Assembly: GCA_014189675.1 (NCBI GenBank)
Contig: DVAE01000010.1
Coordinates: 1 to 54,083, forward strand
Length of the DNA: 54,083 nt
Source of the DNA: Candidatus Undinarchaeales archaeon SRR5007147.bin71
GTDB taxonomy: Archaea > Undinarchaeota > Undinarchaeia > Undinarchaeales > Undinarchaeaceae
Direction of reading: 5' to 3'
The notes beneath the pieces were generated by a model. That model was not told the DNA's origin and did no database searches. It was given only the letters and a program-made list of their open reading frames with translations. Position numbers and translations under genes: made by a program. How positions within the stretch are numbered: position 1 is the first letter of the stretch; the number at the start of each line of letters is the position of its first letter. Positions 25,864 to 34,272 of this stretch are shown here, piece after piece.

Positions 25864-26256
25864 ATGGAAGAGAATATCCGATATCTGAAAAGGCTTGGTC
25901 TGACAGAATACCAGTCAAAGGCAATGGTGGTCCTTCTTAACAAAAGAAAAACAACTGCGAAGGACATTAGTAATCTCTCAGGAATACCTCTGACAAAAAT
26001 ATACCAAGTTCTAAAAGACCTTGAAGAAAAGAAGCTTCTTTACAGTGAGGAGGACAAGCCGAGAATGTACAGGACACTGCCTGCCTACAAAATAATGAAT
26101 AGACTCCTCGGAGAGAAAAGGAGACATTTAGATAGGCTCTTAAAAGAGCGTGGAAGACGCTTAGAAAGTATCAGAAAAATTGACTTTGAAGAATATATTA
26201 GAATATACGAGGAAAAAATACACCCATGTATAGGTATCGAGCAATATGAATTTTAA
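25864..26256 (+). CDS. TrmB-family winged-helix transcriptional regulator (N-terminal domain only)
   Basis: LGLTEYQSKAMVVLLNKRKTTAKDISNLSGIPLTKIYQVLKDLEEKKLL is the TrmB-type wHTH. The gene is divergent from the giant surface-protein gene. Confidence 0.75.
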   Translation: MEENIRYLKRLGLTEYQSKAMVVLLNKRKTTAKDISNLSGIPLTKIYQVLKDLEEKKLLYSEEDKPRMYRTLPAYKIMNRLLGEKRRHLDRLLKERGRRLESIRKIDFEEYIRIYEEKIHPCIGIEQYEF

Positions 26257-27206
26257 GCCTGTAGTAAGTCCTTGAAATTTTCTGGCCTGAACATCCCATA
26301 TTCAGTTATATAGGCAGTGATATAATCTGAAGGAACAAAACTAGAATCTTCTTTTAACTTCTTTCCACTTACATCGATAGAAGAGCGTGGAAGTGCAACA
26401 TAAAAAGGAATTGAATGCTCCTGAGCAAGAACTGCCTTCTCATAAGTTCCTGGATATGAATAAATATCCCCATTAGTATCGGCCTTTTCTGCAGCCATTA
26501 TGCAAATATCTATCTCCCCTGAGCGCATGACATGTCCAGTTCCAAAAGGCGGAATAGCTGCAACACTTATCCCCTCCTGAGAAAGCTCCCAGGAATTAGT
26601 CCCAGGACAGTCTTTATCTATATATACCTGAAAATTCCTTCCAAGAATGTGAGCCGAGCGTATAGGAGCAAGAGAAGTTCCGAAATCGACGCTTCCGAGA
26701 GCTCCGCCATTGCAATGAATGAGAATTTTAGAATCATTGCTTACAAGATTCCCTCCGCGCAAGCCGATGCGCTTGCACACATCAAGATAGGTAGAGGACA
26801 CCTCCTCTGCTGCGGCAAGAGCTGCCTTTTTAGCAAGCTCTATAGAATCTAGATTCTTAATTGAGGAAACAATCTTCTCAACTGAGAGGGAAACATCGGG
26901 GCTGTCGATTTCGTCTTTGAGAAGGTCGGCACTTCCATACACAGATAATCTGAAAAGCTCGTAAGCGGAACCGTCGAATTCATTGGCGGACTGAGCAACT
27001 GCATAGGCAGATGCCGCCCCGACAGAAAGGGATCCCCGTATGACACCATCTCGGATTGCAGACAGAGTTTCCTTGGCAGTTTTCAGTTCAGCTATATTGA
27101 CGGAAAATGGCAGACTCCTCTGATCTATGACCTTGACGGTCAGACCATCCATCCATAAAGACCTATAATTTTTATAGCCCTCACTACCCCCTAATTTCAC
27201 ACGCAT
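26253..27206 (-). CDS. eIF-2B alpha/beta/delta-family sugar-phosphate isomerase (MtnA-like; methylthioribose-1-P or ribose-1,5-bisphosphate isomerase)
   Basis: IDQRSLP..., IRG...VGAAS, LIHCNGGALG (catalytic Cys context), ...TNGD...GTYEKAVLAQEHSIPFYVALPRSSID. It is divergent from canonical MtnA (GADR replaced by AAEK). Confidence 0.75.
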   Translation of the reverse strand: MRVKLGGSEGYKNYRSLWMDGLTVKVIDQRSLPFSVNIAELKTAKETLSAIRDGVIRGSLSVGAASAYAVAQSANEFDGSAYELFRLSVYGSADLLKDEIDSPDVSLSVEKIVSSIKNLDSIELAKKAALAAAEEVSSTYLDVCKRIGLRGGNLVSNDSKILIHCNGGALGSVDFGTSLAPIRSAHILGRNFQVYIDKDCPGTNSWELSQEGISVAAIPPFGTGHVMRSGEIDICIMAAEKADTNGDIYSYPGTYEKAVLAQEHSIPFYVALPRSSIDVSGKKLKEDSSFVPSDYITAYITEYGMFRPENFKDLLQA

Positions 27207-27243
27207 AAAAAACCTTAGTAACGAAAATATATAGAGTTTTCTA

Positions 27244-27315
27244 AGCCTCAGGCGAGAGTTGAACTCGCGACCTCGTCATTACCAATGACGCGCTCTACCA
27301 CTGAGCTACTGAGGC
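27244..27315 (-). tRNA. tRNA-Thr (anticodon GGU)
   Basis: Reverse complement GCCTCAG-TA-GCTC-AGTGGTA-GAGC-G-CGTCA-TTGGTAA-TGACG-AGGTC-GCGAG-TTCAACT-CTCGC-CTGAGGC. Confidence 0.88.
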
Positions 27316-27356
27316 ACGCAGAAACTATGAAATAAGCGTCTTAAATAATTATTCCA

Positions 27357-27950
27357 CTACTCTATATCGATTTCGCCCTCATCTGAAGGAAGCTTACGGA
27401 GAATTACAGTGAGTATTCCTGACTTGTAAGTGGCTTTACTCAAATTCTTATCGACGAGAACCGGAAGACGAACAAGGTTTCGAAATCCTATATAATCAGA
27501 TGAAAATCCTATATACCCAGATTCTTCCCGCTTTTTCTCAGATTTCACGCTGGCATCTATTATGAGATGACTTCCTTCCACTTTTAGAGTTATATCATCC
27601 TTCCTGAGGCCAGGGAGTTCTACTTTTACGATGACGTCTTTCCTCCCCTCCTTTACTTGGACAATGGGCTGCCTGAAGAGACCTTCCTGCATCTTGAGAG
27701 TCCTTGGAAGCTCTGGAGATTTTGAAAAGTCCCTGTTCAGCATATCTGTGAACATCTGGTTTATCCCCTTTGAAATATTTTGTATTTCTCTAAATGGGGC
27801 TGAAAGCTCAGTATACGGGAGCTCTTGTGATTTTGACTTTGTAAGACCTTTTAGCCTGTTCACTGGCTTCTTCTGAGAAACATCTTCATCTATGTAGCGT
27901 TTTGTATACTTTCGCCACCAGTCACCTTTTCTCTCAGTTTTCTTCGTCAT
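27357..27950 (-). CDS. Small heat shock protein (Hsp20/alpha-crystallin) with an extended N-terminal region
   Basis: The alpha-crystallin core is DVIVKVELPGLRKDDITLKVEGSHLIIDA...VRLPVLVDKNLSKATYKSGILTVILRK. ATG 27950 is preferred because the track start would overlap hjc. Confidence 0.85.
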   Translation of the reverse strand: MTKKTERKGDWWRKYTKRYIDEDVSQKKPVNRLKGLTKSKSQELPYTELSAPFREIQNISKGINQMFTDMLNRDFSKSPELPRTLKMQEGLFRQPIVQVKEGRKDVIVKVELPGLRKDDITLKVEGSHLIIDASVKSEKKREESGYIGFSSDYIGFRNLVRLPVLVDKNLSKATYKSGILTVILRKLPSDEGEIDIE

Positions 27951-27987
27951 AGTTAATTTTAATAGCTTAGAGATATTTAAGTTTTTA

Positions 27988-28410
27988 GTGGTAATCAAAG
28001 ACAAGTACGGAAAAGGTGCAAGAGCTGAGCGTGAGCTAATAGGAATGCTCTGGGAGAGGGGATTTGCTGCACTGAGGGTAGCAGGTAGCGGTGTCTCCAG
28101 AAGACCGTGCCCTGACGTTGTGGCAAGCGATGGGAAGATGACTTTCGCATTTGAGTGTAAATCAGTTGCAGGAGACTACGTTCACCTTAGCTACGATGAA
28201 ATTGTGAAACTAATAACATTCTCACAGACCTTTGGGGCAAAGCCATGGATTGCGGTGAAGTTCGGAAGCAGCGACTGGGTCTTTCTTGATATGGCAAAGA
28301 TACAGATGACTAAAGGTGAAAATTTCAAAGTCTCGAAAACCTTTGCTTATGACGACGGAAAACGACTAGATGAGCTAATTGAAATGAATAGGGATCATTC
28401 TGATTTATAG
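27988..28410 (+). CDS. hjc: Holliday junction resolvase Hjc
   Basis: KGARAERELIGMLWERGFAALRVAGSG...PDVVASDG...AFECKS is the Hjc nuclease motif set. GTG start. Confidence 0.85.
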   Translation: MVIKDKYGKGARAERELIGMLWERGFAALRVAGSGVSRRPCPDVVASDGKMTFAFECKSVAGDYVHLSYDEIVKLITFSQTFGAKPWIAVKFGSSDWVFLDMAKIQMTKGENFKVSKTFAYDDGKRLDELIEMNRDHSDL

Positions 28411-28476
28411 GCTTTGCGCGAATAGTCAGATAGTTGCCCGAAATGTCTAACTTTTCATGGAGTTATCGGGCAAAGC
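28411..28476. mobile_element. 66-bp element with terminal inverted repeats, flanked by an 11-bp direct duplication (MITE-like), or a structured RNA/terminator
   Basis: CTGATTTATAG occurs at 28400-28410 (it includes the hjc stop) and again at 28477-28487. The termini are GCTTTGC...GCAAAGC, with second-tier arms GCCCGA/TCGGGC. Confidence 0.3.
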
Positions 28477-28542
28477 CTGATTTATAGAAAAATATTTATA
28501 TGGCTAAACAGAGCCGTAGAATAAGTTTATTCCGGAGGGAAA

Positions 28543-28662
28543 ATGGAAGATACAGAAGATCAGGAAGACCGAAAAGAAGAAGACGAGGACGACAACTTCG
28601 AAGACGAGGACGACGATAACTACAGCGAAGAAGATAGTGGAGAGGAAAGCGAGGACGAGTAG
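28543..28662 (+). CDS. Candidate hyper-acidic micro-protein (39 aa)
   Basis: MEDTEDQEDRKEEDEDDNFEDEDDDNYSEEDSGEESEDE*, preceded by GGAGGGAAA-ATG, the same SD context as the ORF at 16443. It could be a non-coding GA-rich spacer. Confidence 0.25.
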   Translation: MEDTEDQEDRKEEDEDDNFEDEDDDNYSEEDSGEESEDE

Positions 28663-28682
28663 GTGGAGCTAGAAAATTTGCC

Positions 28683-30032
28683 TTACCACTCCCATGGCTT
28701 CTTCTTTGAAAGGTAGCTTGTGATAAACTTACCAAGCTCCTCAGAATCTGAGTCCAGAATCTCCGCAGAAGCTAATATTTTACATTCTTTAGAAAGAGAT
28801 TCTGCAACATACTTTCCAATTCCGTAGTCAATTGGGCTTTTTATTATTTCATTTAAAAGAGACTCAGGACTTATATGAATCCTGTCAATCTCAACATGCC
28901 ATCGGCCTCCTGAAATCCAGGTTTTCCTCTTCTTGTGCTTTTTTGCAAATTCATCCTGGAATTTCTGGTCTACATCTGTTGGAGGCCCATCTACTTTTTG
29001 TTTTTTTGGGAGAAACTCAGTCTCCAAATCTATAAGAATATGTGAAAGTTCTCCTGAGGCGTATGAATATCCTAGAACAGGGAAATGTGCCCTTTTCATG
29101 GAAGATACAATAGTGTGCGCACTCTTCCTCAGCTGAGAATATAATATATCCTCTACAACTTTTGGAGGCTTGAATTCCATGATGACCAGATGCCCTCTCT
29201 TGGACAAGTCTTTTTTGAGTCTGTCCTTGGAAAGGGATTCTACCTCATTCGGGAAAAAGAACTCTATTCTGTGCTTTTTTCGGAAGTCTCTACAAGCATT
29301 GATGAATATTTCATACTTGTCTTTGTCGAGAGCAGCGGCAACGTTCCGATTTTTATCCGTTGGGTCTATCACAATAAGAGAATCATCGAAATTCCGTGCT
29401 GTTCCGAAATCTTCATTGTCAATTGACTGACCAAGCTTCCACTTACTTGAGGAGGAAAGAAGATTAAGGAAAGTTCCGTATTCTAAAATCAAAAGCTCAC
29501 AAAGATATCCGGAGAAGCCGCGCACCTTCTCCTTTGCACCGTATACTCCGATGCCCTGCATGAACCTTTTGAGAAGACGAACCTCATTTGCCTGCGTTCC
29601 TGAGAAATTTTTGAGAATATATTCAGTATGAAAAGGTGTCCTATCCACAGCACTCTTTATTTTGGACGCAGACTTCATTTTATAGCATGGAACTATATCA
29701 AGAGTAAACTCCTTTATTGTGCTTCTGATGTAAGGATGCTCTGCATAGACAAGCTCCGGCTTTCCACCGAGCTTCTTGATTATTTTTTTTCCGAAGGAAA
29801 TACCATCCTTTTCAAGTTTTGAACGGGAAACGTCCTCTTTGAAAGATATAAAAACGTCAACATCATGAGTTCCGGAAACCCAAGTTCCCTTGGCTATTGA
29901 GCCCTGAACAGTGGCCTCAATTCCTACATCATTGGCGGTTCTCAGAACACTTTTGGTGAATTTGTTAAGAGCGTCAATCTCTTCCTTTGAAGGAGTTACC
30001 CTCTCCAGGACATCCTTTAGGAGCTTTTCCAT
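28683..30032 (-). CDS. cca: CCA-adding enzyme (archaeal class I tRNA nucleotidyltransferase)
   Basis: GSIAKGTWVSGTHDVDVFI (nucleotidyltransferase G[SG]...DxD) and archaeal CCA architecture, about 450 aa. Confidence 0.9.
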   Translation of the reverse strand: MEKLLKDVLERVTPSKEEIDALNKFTKSVLRTANDVGIEATVQGSIAKGTWVSGTHDVDVFISFKEDVSRSKLEKDGISFGKKIIKKLGGKPELVYAEHPYIRSTIKEFTLDIVPCYKMKSASKIKSAVDRTPFHTEYILKNFSGTQANEVRLLKRFMQGIGVYGAKEKVRGFSGYLCELLILEYGTFLNLLSSSSKWKLGQSIDNEDFGTARNFDDSLIVIDPTDKNRNVAAALDKDKYEIFINACRDFRKKHRIEFFFPNEVESLSKDRLKKDLSKRGHLVIMEFKPPKVVEDILYSQLRKSAHTIVSSMKRAHFPVLGYSYASGELSHILIDLETEFLPKKQKVDGPPTDVDQKFQDEFAKKHKKRKTWISGGRWHVEIDRIHISPESLLNEIIKSPIDYGIGKYVAESLSKECKILASAEILDSDSEELGKFITSYLSKKKPWEW

Positions 30033-30099
30033 GGGAGGGACTATGAGAAGTGGATATAAAAGAATTGCGAATCGGCGGAGAAAAAACTGAGTAAGGAGT

Positions 30100-30169
30100 A
30101 TGTTGCTCAGAAGCTACCAACCGTTCATCATCTTTGGGGCAATCAGAGGGTGTTCACTTCTTCATTGCA
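30100..30169 (-). ncRNA. Candidate C/D box sRNA
   Basis: Minus strand: gugca-AUGAAGA(C)-12 nt-CUGA(D')-11 nt-AUGAUGA(C')-14 nt-CUGA(D)-gca. A TATA-like CTTTTTATAC lies about 26 nt upstream of the gugca. UGC/GCA forms a 3-bp terminal stem. The C box is imperfect and one spacer is 14 rather than 12 nt. Confidence 0.3.
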
Positions 30170-30236
30170 CTAAAATAAGTGAGCAAGGAGGTATAAAAAG
30201 ATAGTGTAGAGGTGAATAAGAACAGAAAAAAAAATA

Positions 30237-30833
30237 TTATTCAGAAATAATTTCTGTCTTCTTGATCAGCGCATGTTTTAGTGAGTAGATGCTTTTCAGT
30301 TCTGACCTAAGCTTTCCAGACAGCTTGCCGGAGAGAATGAAATGAATAAAATCATTGAGATTTTTTGAAGAAGCTTCCTTCTTGACAATTTCTAGATATT
30401 TTGTCCTCATATCCTGCTTCAGGGACTGATTTACAGGAGACGGAGTCACAAGAACACCTTTTAGCCTGATTTTCTTTCTGTCACTGGTAGAAAAAACATC
30501 ATTAGAATATACTTTACTTGAATTTTTCCTGACAAGCCCGCGCTCAAATTCATTGTGAAGTCTGTGCCCAAGGAAAATTGTGCTTGCCTTCTCTCCCTGG
30601 ACATCATTTATTCTGAACCTCAGCTTTGTAGTAGGTCTTCGCGAATCATAACCTGCTACAACCTCAGAAAGATTTGTCTCAATAATGCGACCCGGAATTA
30701 GACGGGGATTCTCTGCGACTGTATCACAGAGGATAACATTTTTAAAAAGGTCAGGGGCAACAACGGAATACCACTTCTTTGATTTCCACTTATCCACTGT
30801 CCTTGGTGCCGCCATATTACTCTGAAACCTCAC
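30237..30833 (-). CDS. rps3ae: Ribosomal protein eS1 (S3Ae)
   Basis: VDKWKSKKWYSVVAPDLF... is the typical S3Ae N-terminus. Confidence 0.9.
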   Translation of the reverse strand: MRFQSNMAAPRTVDKWKSKKWYSVVAPDLFKNVILCDTVAENPRLIPGRIIETNLSEVVAGYDSRRPTTKLRFRINDVQGEKASTIFLGHRLHNEFERGLVRKNSSKVYSNDVFSTSDRKKIRLKGVLVTPSPVNQSLKQDMRTKYLEIVKKEASSKNLNDFIHFILSGKLSGKLRSELKSIYSLKHALIKKTEIISE

Positions 30834-31263
30834 TCATAGATTTTGTGTACTTCCAGGTTTTTGGAAGCTTTCCTGAGGATACATAATAATTTGCAAGTTT
30901 CCTTATTTTTGCTTCTGTAAAATCCAGACCTCTTTTTGCGCTCAGGTCCTTTCTTGAGTTAAGAATATGACTCTTGAGCTGCTTCGCCTTTGAAAGCAAA
31001 TCAGACAAATCTGAAGGGAGTACTCCTTCCCCCGCATCTATAATTGAGGAAAGTCTTTTTCCTGTAAGAGCCTTTACATCAGGAACTCCGTATTCATCTC
31101 GGAGACGAAGGCCGATATGAGCAGGAGAAATACCTTCTGAAGATAATTTCTTTATAAGTTTTTCAACTTCTGCTGAAGAAAGAGTAACCCACTCAGGACT
31201 CTCCCGATTAAGCGGCCTTTCTGAGCCTGATTTTCCCTTCTTTCTTGAATACATCCTAGCCAT
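30817..31263 (-). CDS. rps15: Ribosomal protein uS15 (S13e type)
   Basis: MARMYSRKKGKSGSERP...EWV...; archaeal S15P/S13e. Confidence 0.9.
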   Translation of the reverse strand: MARMYSRKKGKSGSERPLNRESPEWVTLSSAEVEKLIKKLSSEGISPAHIGLRLRDEYGVPDVKALTGKRLSSIIDAGEGVLPSDLSDLLSKAKQLKSHILNSRKDLSAKRGLDFTEAKIRKLANYYVSSGKLPKTWKYTKSMSEVSE

Positions 31264-31807
31264 TCGTTTTTAGCCAATCTGCGAGAGCTCTTGCACTTTT
31301 TGCACGATGAGAATATTCTTTTTTGGAGGAATAATTTTCACCAAAAGTGAAGTCTTTACCTTCAGGAATAAACACTGGATCCCAGGCCCAGCCTCCATCA
31401 CCACGGTACTCACGCGCTATACTACCTCTACAACTACCTTTAAATACTTTTTCTTGATTTCCGTCAGAGTATGCCAATACGGAAATATACTCCGCCTTTC
31501 TGTCGGAAACACCCTCTAGAAGTTTGAGCAGACCGTCAATTCCGATGGTGTAAAATACGTATTTTGTGAAAGGGCCAGGGAAACCCCCTAGAGAATCCAC
31601 AGAAATTCCGGCGTCTTCGACAAACACTGGCTTTCCAAGTTGCTCGTAGGCTTTTCTTGCACTGTGGAGAGCTATTTCGTCAAAGGTATCCGCCTGAAGC
31701 TCCTCAATATCAATTTCACAATGCTCGAGCTCAAGGCCGACATCATTAAAAATTTCAGAAATTTCTCTGAATTTAGAAGCATTTGAGCTTGCAAAGCAGT
31801 ATTTCAT
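31256..31807 (-). CDS. Non-canonical purine NTP pyrophosphatase (HAM1/RdgB/ITPase)
   Basis: FASSNASKFREI...VEDAGISVDSLGGFPGPFTKY...WAWDPVFIPEG. Confidence 0.9.
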   Translation of the reverse strand: MKYCFASSNASKFREISEIFNDVGLELEHCEIDIEELQADTFDEIALHSARKAYEQLGKPVFVEDAGISVDSLGGFPGPFTKYVFYTIGIDGLLKLLEGVSDRKAEYISVLAYSDGNQEKVFKGSCRGSIAREYRGDGGWAWDPVFIPEGKDFTFGENYSSKKEYSHRAKSARALADWLKTNG

Positions 31808-32220
31808 TTTATTAATTGAAGTCCTGTACTCTCATCTGGTCCTCTTTCAACCGGATTCGGAAATTTTTTAAGATATATTTCAGCTGCGAAAATGGTGGCA
31901 GCCATGAGATGACCTCCGTAAGCCCTTCCCTCATTGTCAGCAAGAGTTATATGAGCATGAACGAATGGCTCCCTGTCAAGAAGAGTTATATTACCAGTGC
32001 AATTGAGTATTTCCGCGTGCTCATCGAGCTGCATCTCAAGATATTTTTTCTGTGTTTGGTCGTAATAAGAAAAACGACTGTCTTTCACAGCACCTATGAT
32101 ATTAAAATAGCCAGACTCTATTTTATTTTCCTTTACAAGCTGGAGAATACTCTCCTTAAGATCAGCGCCCTCCGAGAGCCTTCCAAACCACTCATTGTCC
32201 CTTTGCTTGTAGATTTTCAT
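31804..32220 (-). CDS. PPC (DUF296) domain protein
   Basis: GAVKDSRFSYYD...EILNCTGNITL...PFVHAHITLADNEGRAYGGHL pattern. Confidence 0.75.
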   Translation of the reverse strand: MKIYKQRDNEWFGRLSEGADLKESILQLVKENKIESGYFNIIGAVKDSRFSYYDQTQKKYLEMQLDEHAEILNCTGNITLLDREPFVHAHITLADNEGRAYGGHLMAATIFAAEIYLKKFPNPVERGPDESTGLQLIK

Positions 32221-32822
32221 TTGTTTTTATTCACCTTCTTCTTGTAGCGTCCGCGCCCCTCAAGCTTTTCAAGGCGCTCTAGAACGGCATCGAAGCTTTT
32301 AGAGGATGAGTATCCCTCAAGTATAGATTCAATATGTTTGCCAGAGTCCTTTGGATGGCTTGCCTTGATTGACTCTTTTAAAACTCTGATGTCAACAGCT
32401 TTCTTTTCAATGGAATCAGAAACTTCCCCGAGGCCAAAGTCAATGAAATATATGTCCTTAGCTTTGACGAGGATGTTTGAGGTTGTAAGGTCACCATGGA
32501 TAATTTCAGAATCGTGGAGCTTTGCCAGCTCGGAGCCGAGTTTCTTTGAAAGTGGAGAATTCATTACCTTGTGAAACATCTCGCCTTCTATGAACTCCAT
32601 AAATATTGTATTATTATCTTTGTCAAGATCCTTGACCGCGGGAACTTTCAGCTGGGCTCGCCTTGCCTTGTCAAGGAGGCTTGCCTCCCTGCGAGTTCTT
32701 TTTTTCCTTAGTGAAGAGTCTATCTCTGGAATCCTGTAGCCCTTTGATATTCTTTCCTTGACTACAATACCGTCTTCAAGGGAAAGTTTTGCTTCAGCCC
32801 CCACCTTCAATAACTTATTCAT
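32217..32822 (-). CDS. bud32: KEOPS kinase/ATPase Bud32
   Basis: GAEAKL...KERISKGYRIPEID..LRKKRTRREASLL...IIHGDLTTSNILV...YFIDFGLG. Start reset to ATG 32822. Confidence 0.85.
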   Translation of the reverse strand: MNKLLKVGAEAKLSLEDGIVVKERISKGYRIPEIDSSLRKKRTRREASLLDKARRAQLKVPAVKDLDKDNNTIFMEFIEGEMFHKVMNSPLSKKLGSELAKLHDSEIIHGDLTTSNILVKAKDIYFIDFGLGEVSDSIEKKAVDIRVLKESIKASHPKDSGKHIESILEGYSSSKSFDAVLERLEKLEGRGRYKKKVNKNK

Positions 32823-32863
32823 GAAAATATAAATAGGGAAGGCCATTAATAAGATTTGGGAGT

Positions 32864-33361
32864 ATGGAAAAAGAGGCACCGCATTATTCGCTTCCCAATG
32901 AGGAGGCCGAGAAGAATAGAACTAGCTGGGACACATATTTTGTGGACATAACCAACCTTGTTAAGGAGCGCTCTACTTGCAACCGGGCAAAGGTTGGTGC
33001 AATATTGGTGAAGAATCGTAGGATTATATCAACTGGGTACAATGGAGCAGCAAAAGGGACAAAGCACTGCTCTGAAGTAGGATGTAATGTTATCAAAGCC
33101 GGAGAAAATCCGGAGAACTTACGAGACCATTGTAGCAGGACTATTCACGCGGAACAGAATGCGATAATACAGGCGGCGCTCTTTGGAGTAGCTATTGAAG
33201 GAGCGACACTTTACTGCACGCATACGCCATGCTACACCTGTGCGAAGATGATTGCCAATGCAGGAGTAAAAGAAGTCATTTACATGAAAACTTATGATGA
33301 TAAGGACTCCTTAGCAGCCTTTGAAGAAGCCGGTATAAAGCTGCGTGAATATCAGGCCTAA
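32864..33361 (+). CDS. dCMP deaminase (ComEB-type cytidine/deoxycytidylate deaminase)
   Basis: HAEQNAI and PCYTCAKMI zinc-binding motifs. Confidence 0.9.
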   Translation: MEKEAPHYSLPNEEAEKNRTSWDTYFVDITNLVKERSTCNRAKVGAILVKNRRIISTGYNGAAKGTKHCSEVGCNVIKAGENPENLRDHCSRTIHAEQNAIIQAALFGVAIEGATLYCTHTPCYTCAKMIANAGVKEVIYMKTYDDKDSLAAFEEAGIKLREYQA

Positions 33362-34272
33362 ATTTCTGAAAACTTGTTCTTGAGAAAGTCAGATGTTTCC
33401 TGAAGAGTTTTTTTCTCAGAATCGCTTAAGTCCAATTCGGAAATGCTCTCCAAGCCAGATTTTCCAAGAATACCGGTTACTCCCATGCAGACTTCTGATA
33501 ATCCGTATTCTCCGTTCAAAAGAGTTATTACAGGCAGTTCCTTTTTCAAATCTTTAACTATAGACTCTGCAAGTTCAACAGTTGCAACTGCCGGTCCGAA
33601 AACCGTTGCGCCCTTTTTAGAGATAAGTTCAGAAGCCACTGACTTGGTTCTTTCAAAAATTTCACCTATTTTATCAGCATCCAAAATATCAGAGAGGGGC
33701 TTCCCTGAAACCTTGCAGCTTGACAATACAGGAAGCATTCTGTCTCCGTGCTGACCAAGAATGATGGCTTCAACTTCATTAAGATTTTTTCCAGTCTCAG
33801 TGGAAATAAGGCTTCTAAGGCGATAGCTGTCCAGAAGATTCCCGAGGCCGAGAACCCTCTTTGATGGGAAACCAGTCTCCTGCAGAGCCAGCATAAGCAT
33901 AAGATCACTAGGATTTGTAGTCACAAGAACAATAGAATCCGGGGCGTTTTTCTTTATGTCAACACATATTGATTTGAGTATTGCCGCGTTTCCAGCAAGA
34001 AGATCTTCGCGAGACATTCCGGGCTGTCGAGGAACTCCAGCAGTAACTATAACAAGGTCACTTTCAGCAATTTCTTCAGAGGAAGAAGCAGAAGTTACAG
34101 TTCCACCATAAGAAATACCAGAAGAGGCATGCTCGATATCCATCTGATGACCCTCTGCTAGCTCCTTGTTTATATCCAGGAGAACTATGTCTCCAAGCCC
34201 TTTCTGGGCCAGAATAAATGCTATTTCACTTCCAAGATTTCCTGTCCCTATTACTGATATTTTCATAGCCAA
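33358..34272 (-). CDS. mdh: Malate (L-lactate family) dehydrogenase
   Basis: KISVIGTGNLGSEIAF...LLDI...; the LDH/MDH Rossmann fold and TAGVPRQPGMSREDLL substrate loop. Confidence 0.9.
   Translation of the reverse strand: MAMKISVIGTGNLGSEIAFILAQKGLGDIVLLDINKELAEGHQMDIEHASSGISYGGTVTSASSSEEIAESDLVIVTAGVPRQPGMSREDLLAGNAAILKSICVDIKKNAPDSIVLVTTNPSDLMLMLALQETGFPSKRVLGLGNLLDSYRLRSLISTETGKNLNEVEAIILGQHGDRMLPVLSSCKVSGKPLSDILDADKIGEIFERTKSVASELISKKGATVFGPAVATVELAESIVKDLKKELPVITLLNGEYGLSEVCMGVTGILGKSGLESISELDLSDSEKKTLQETSDFLKNKFSEI

Noticed and set aside
25734-25967. N-terminal 78-aa extension of the giant ORF
   Set aside because: It overlaps the divergent TrmB-like gene and the promoter region. Met79/Met82 start a textbook signal peptide, with a TATA box about 26 nt upstream.
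28496-28735. 79-aa minus-strand ORF (R/L/P-rich)
   Set aside because: It is antisense to the GA-rich acidic segment and overlaps the 3' end of cca. It looks compositionally artefactual.
30033-30099. Short ORFs (MRSGYKRIANRRRKN and others) in the cca upstream spacer
   Set aside because: They are too short, lie on the wrong strand relative to the flanking operon, and the spacer is better explained by the cca TATA box (CTTTTATATCC) and the sRNA candidate.
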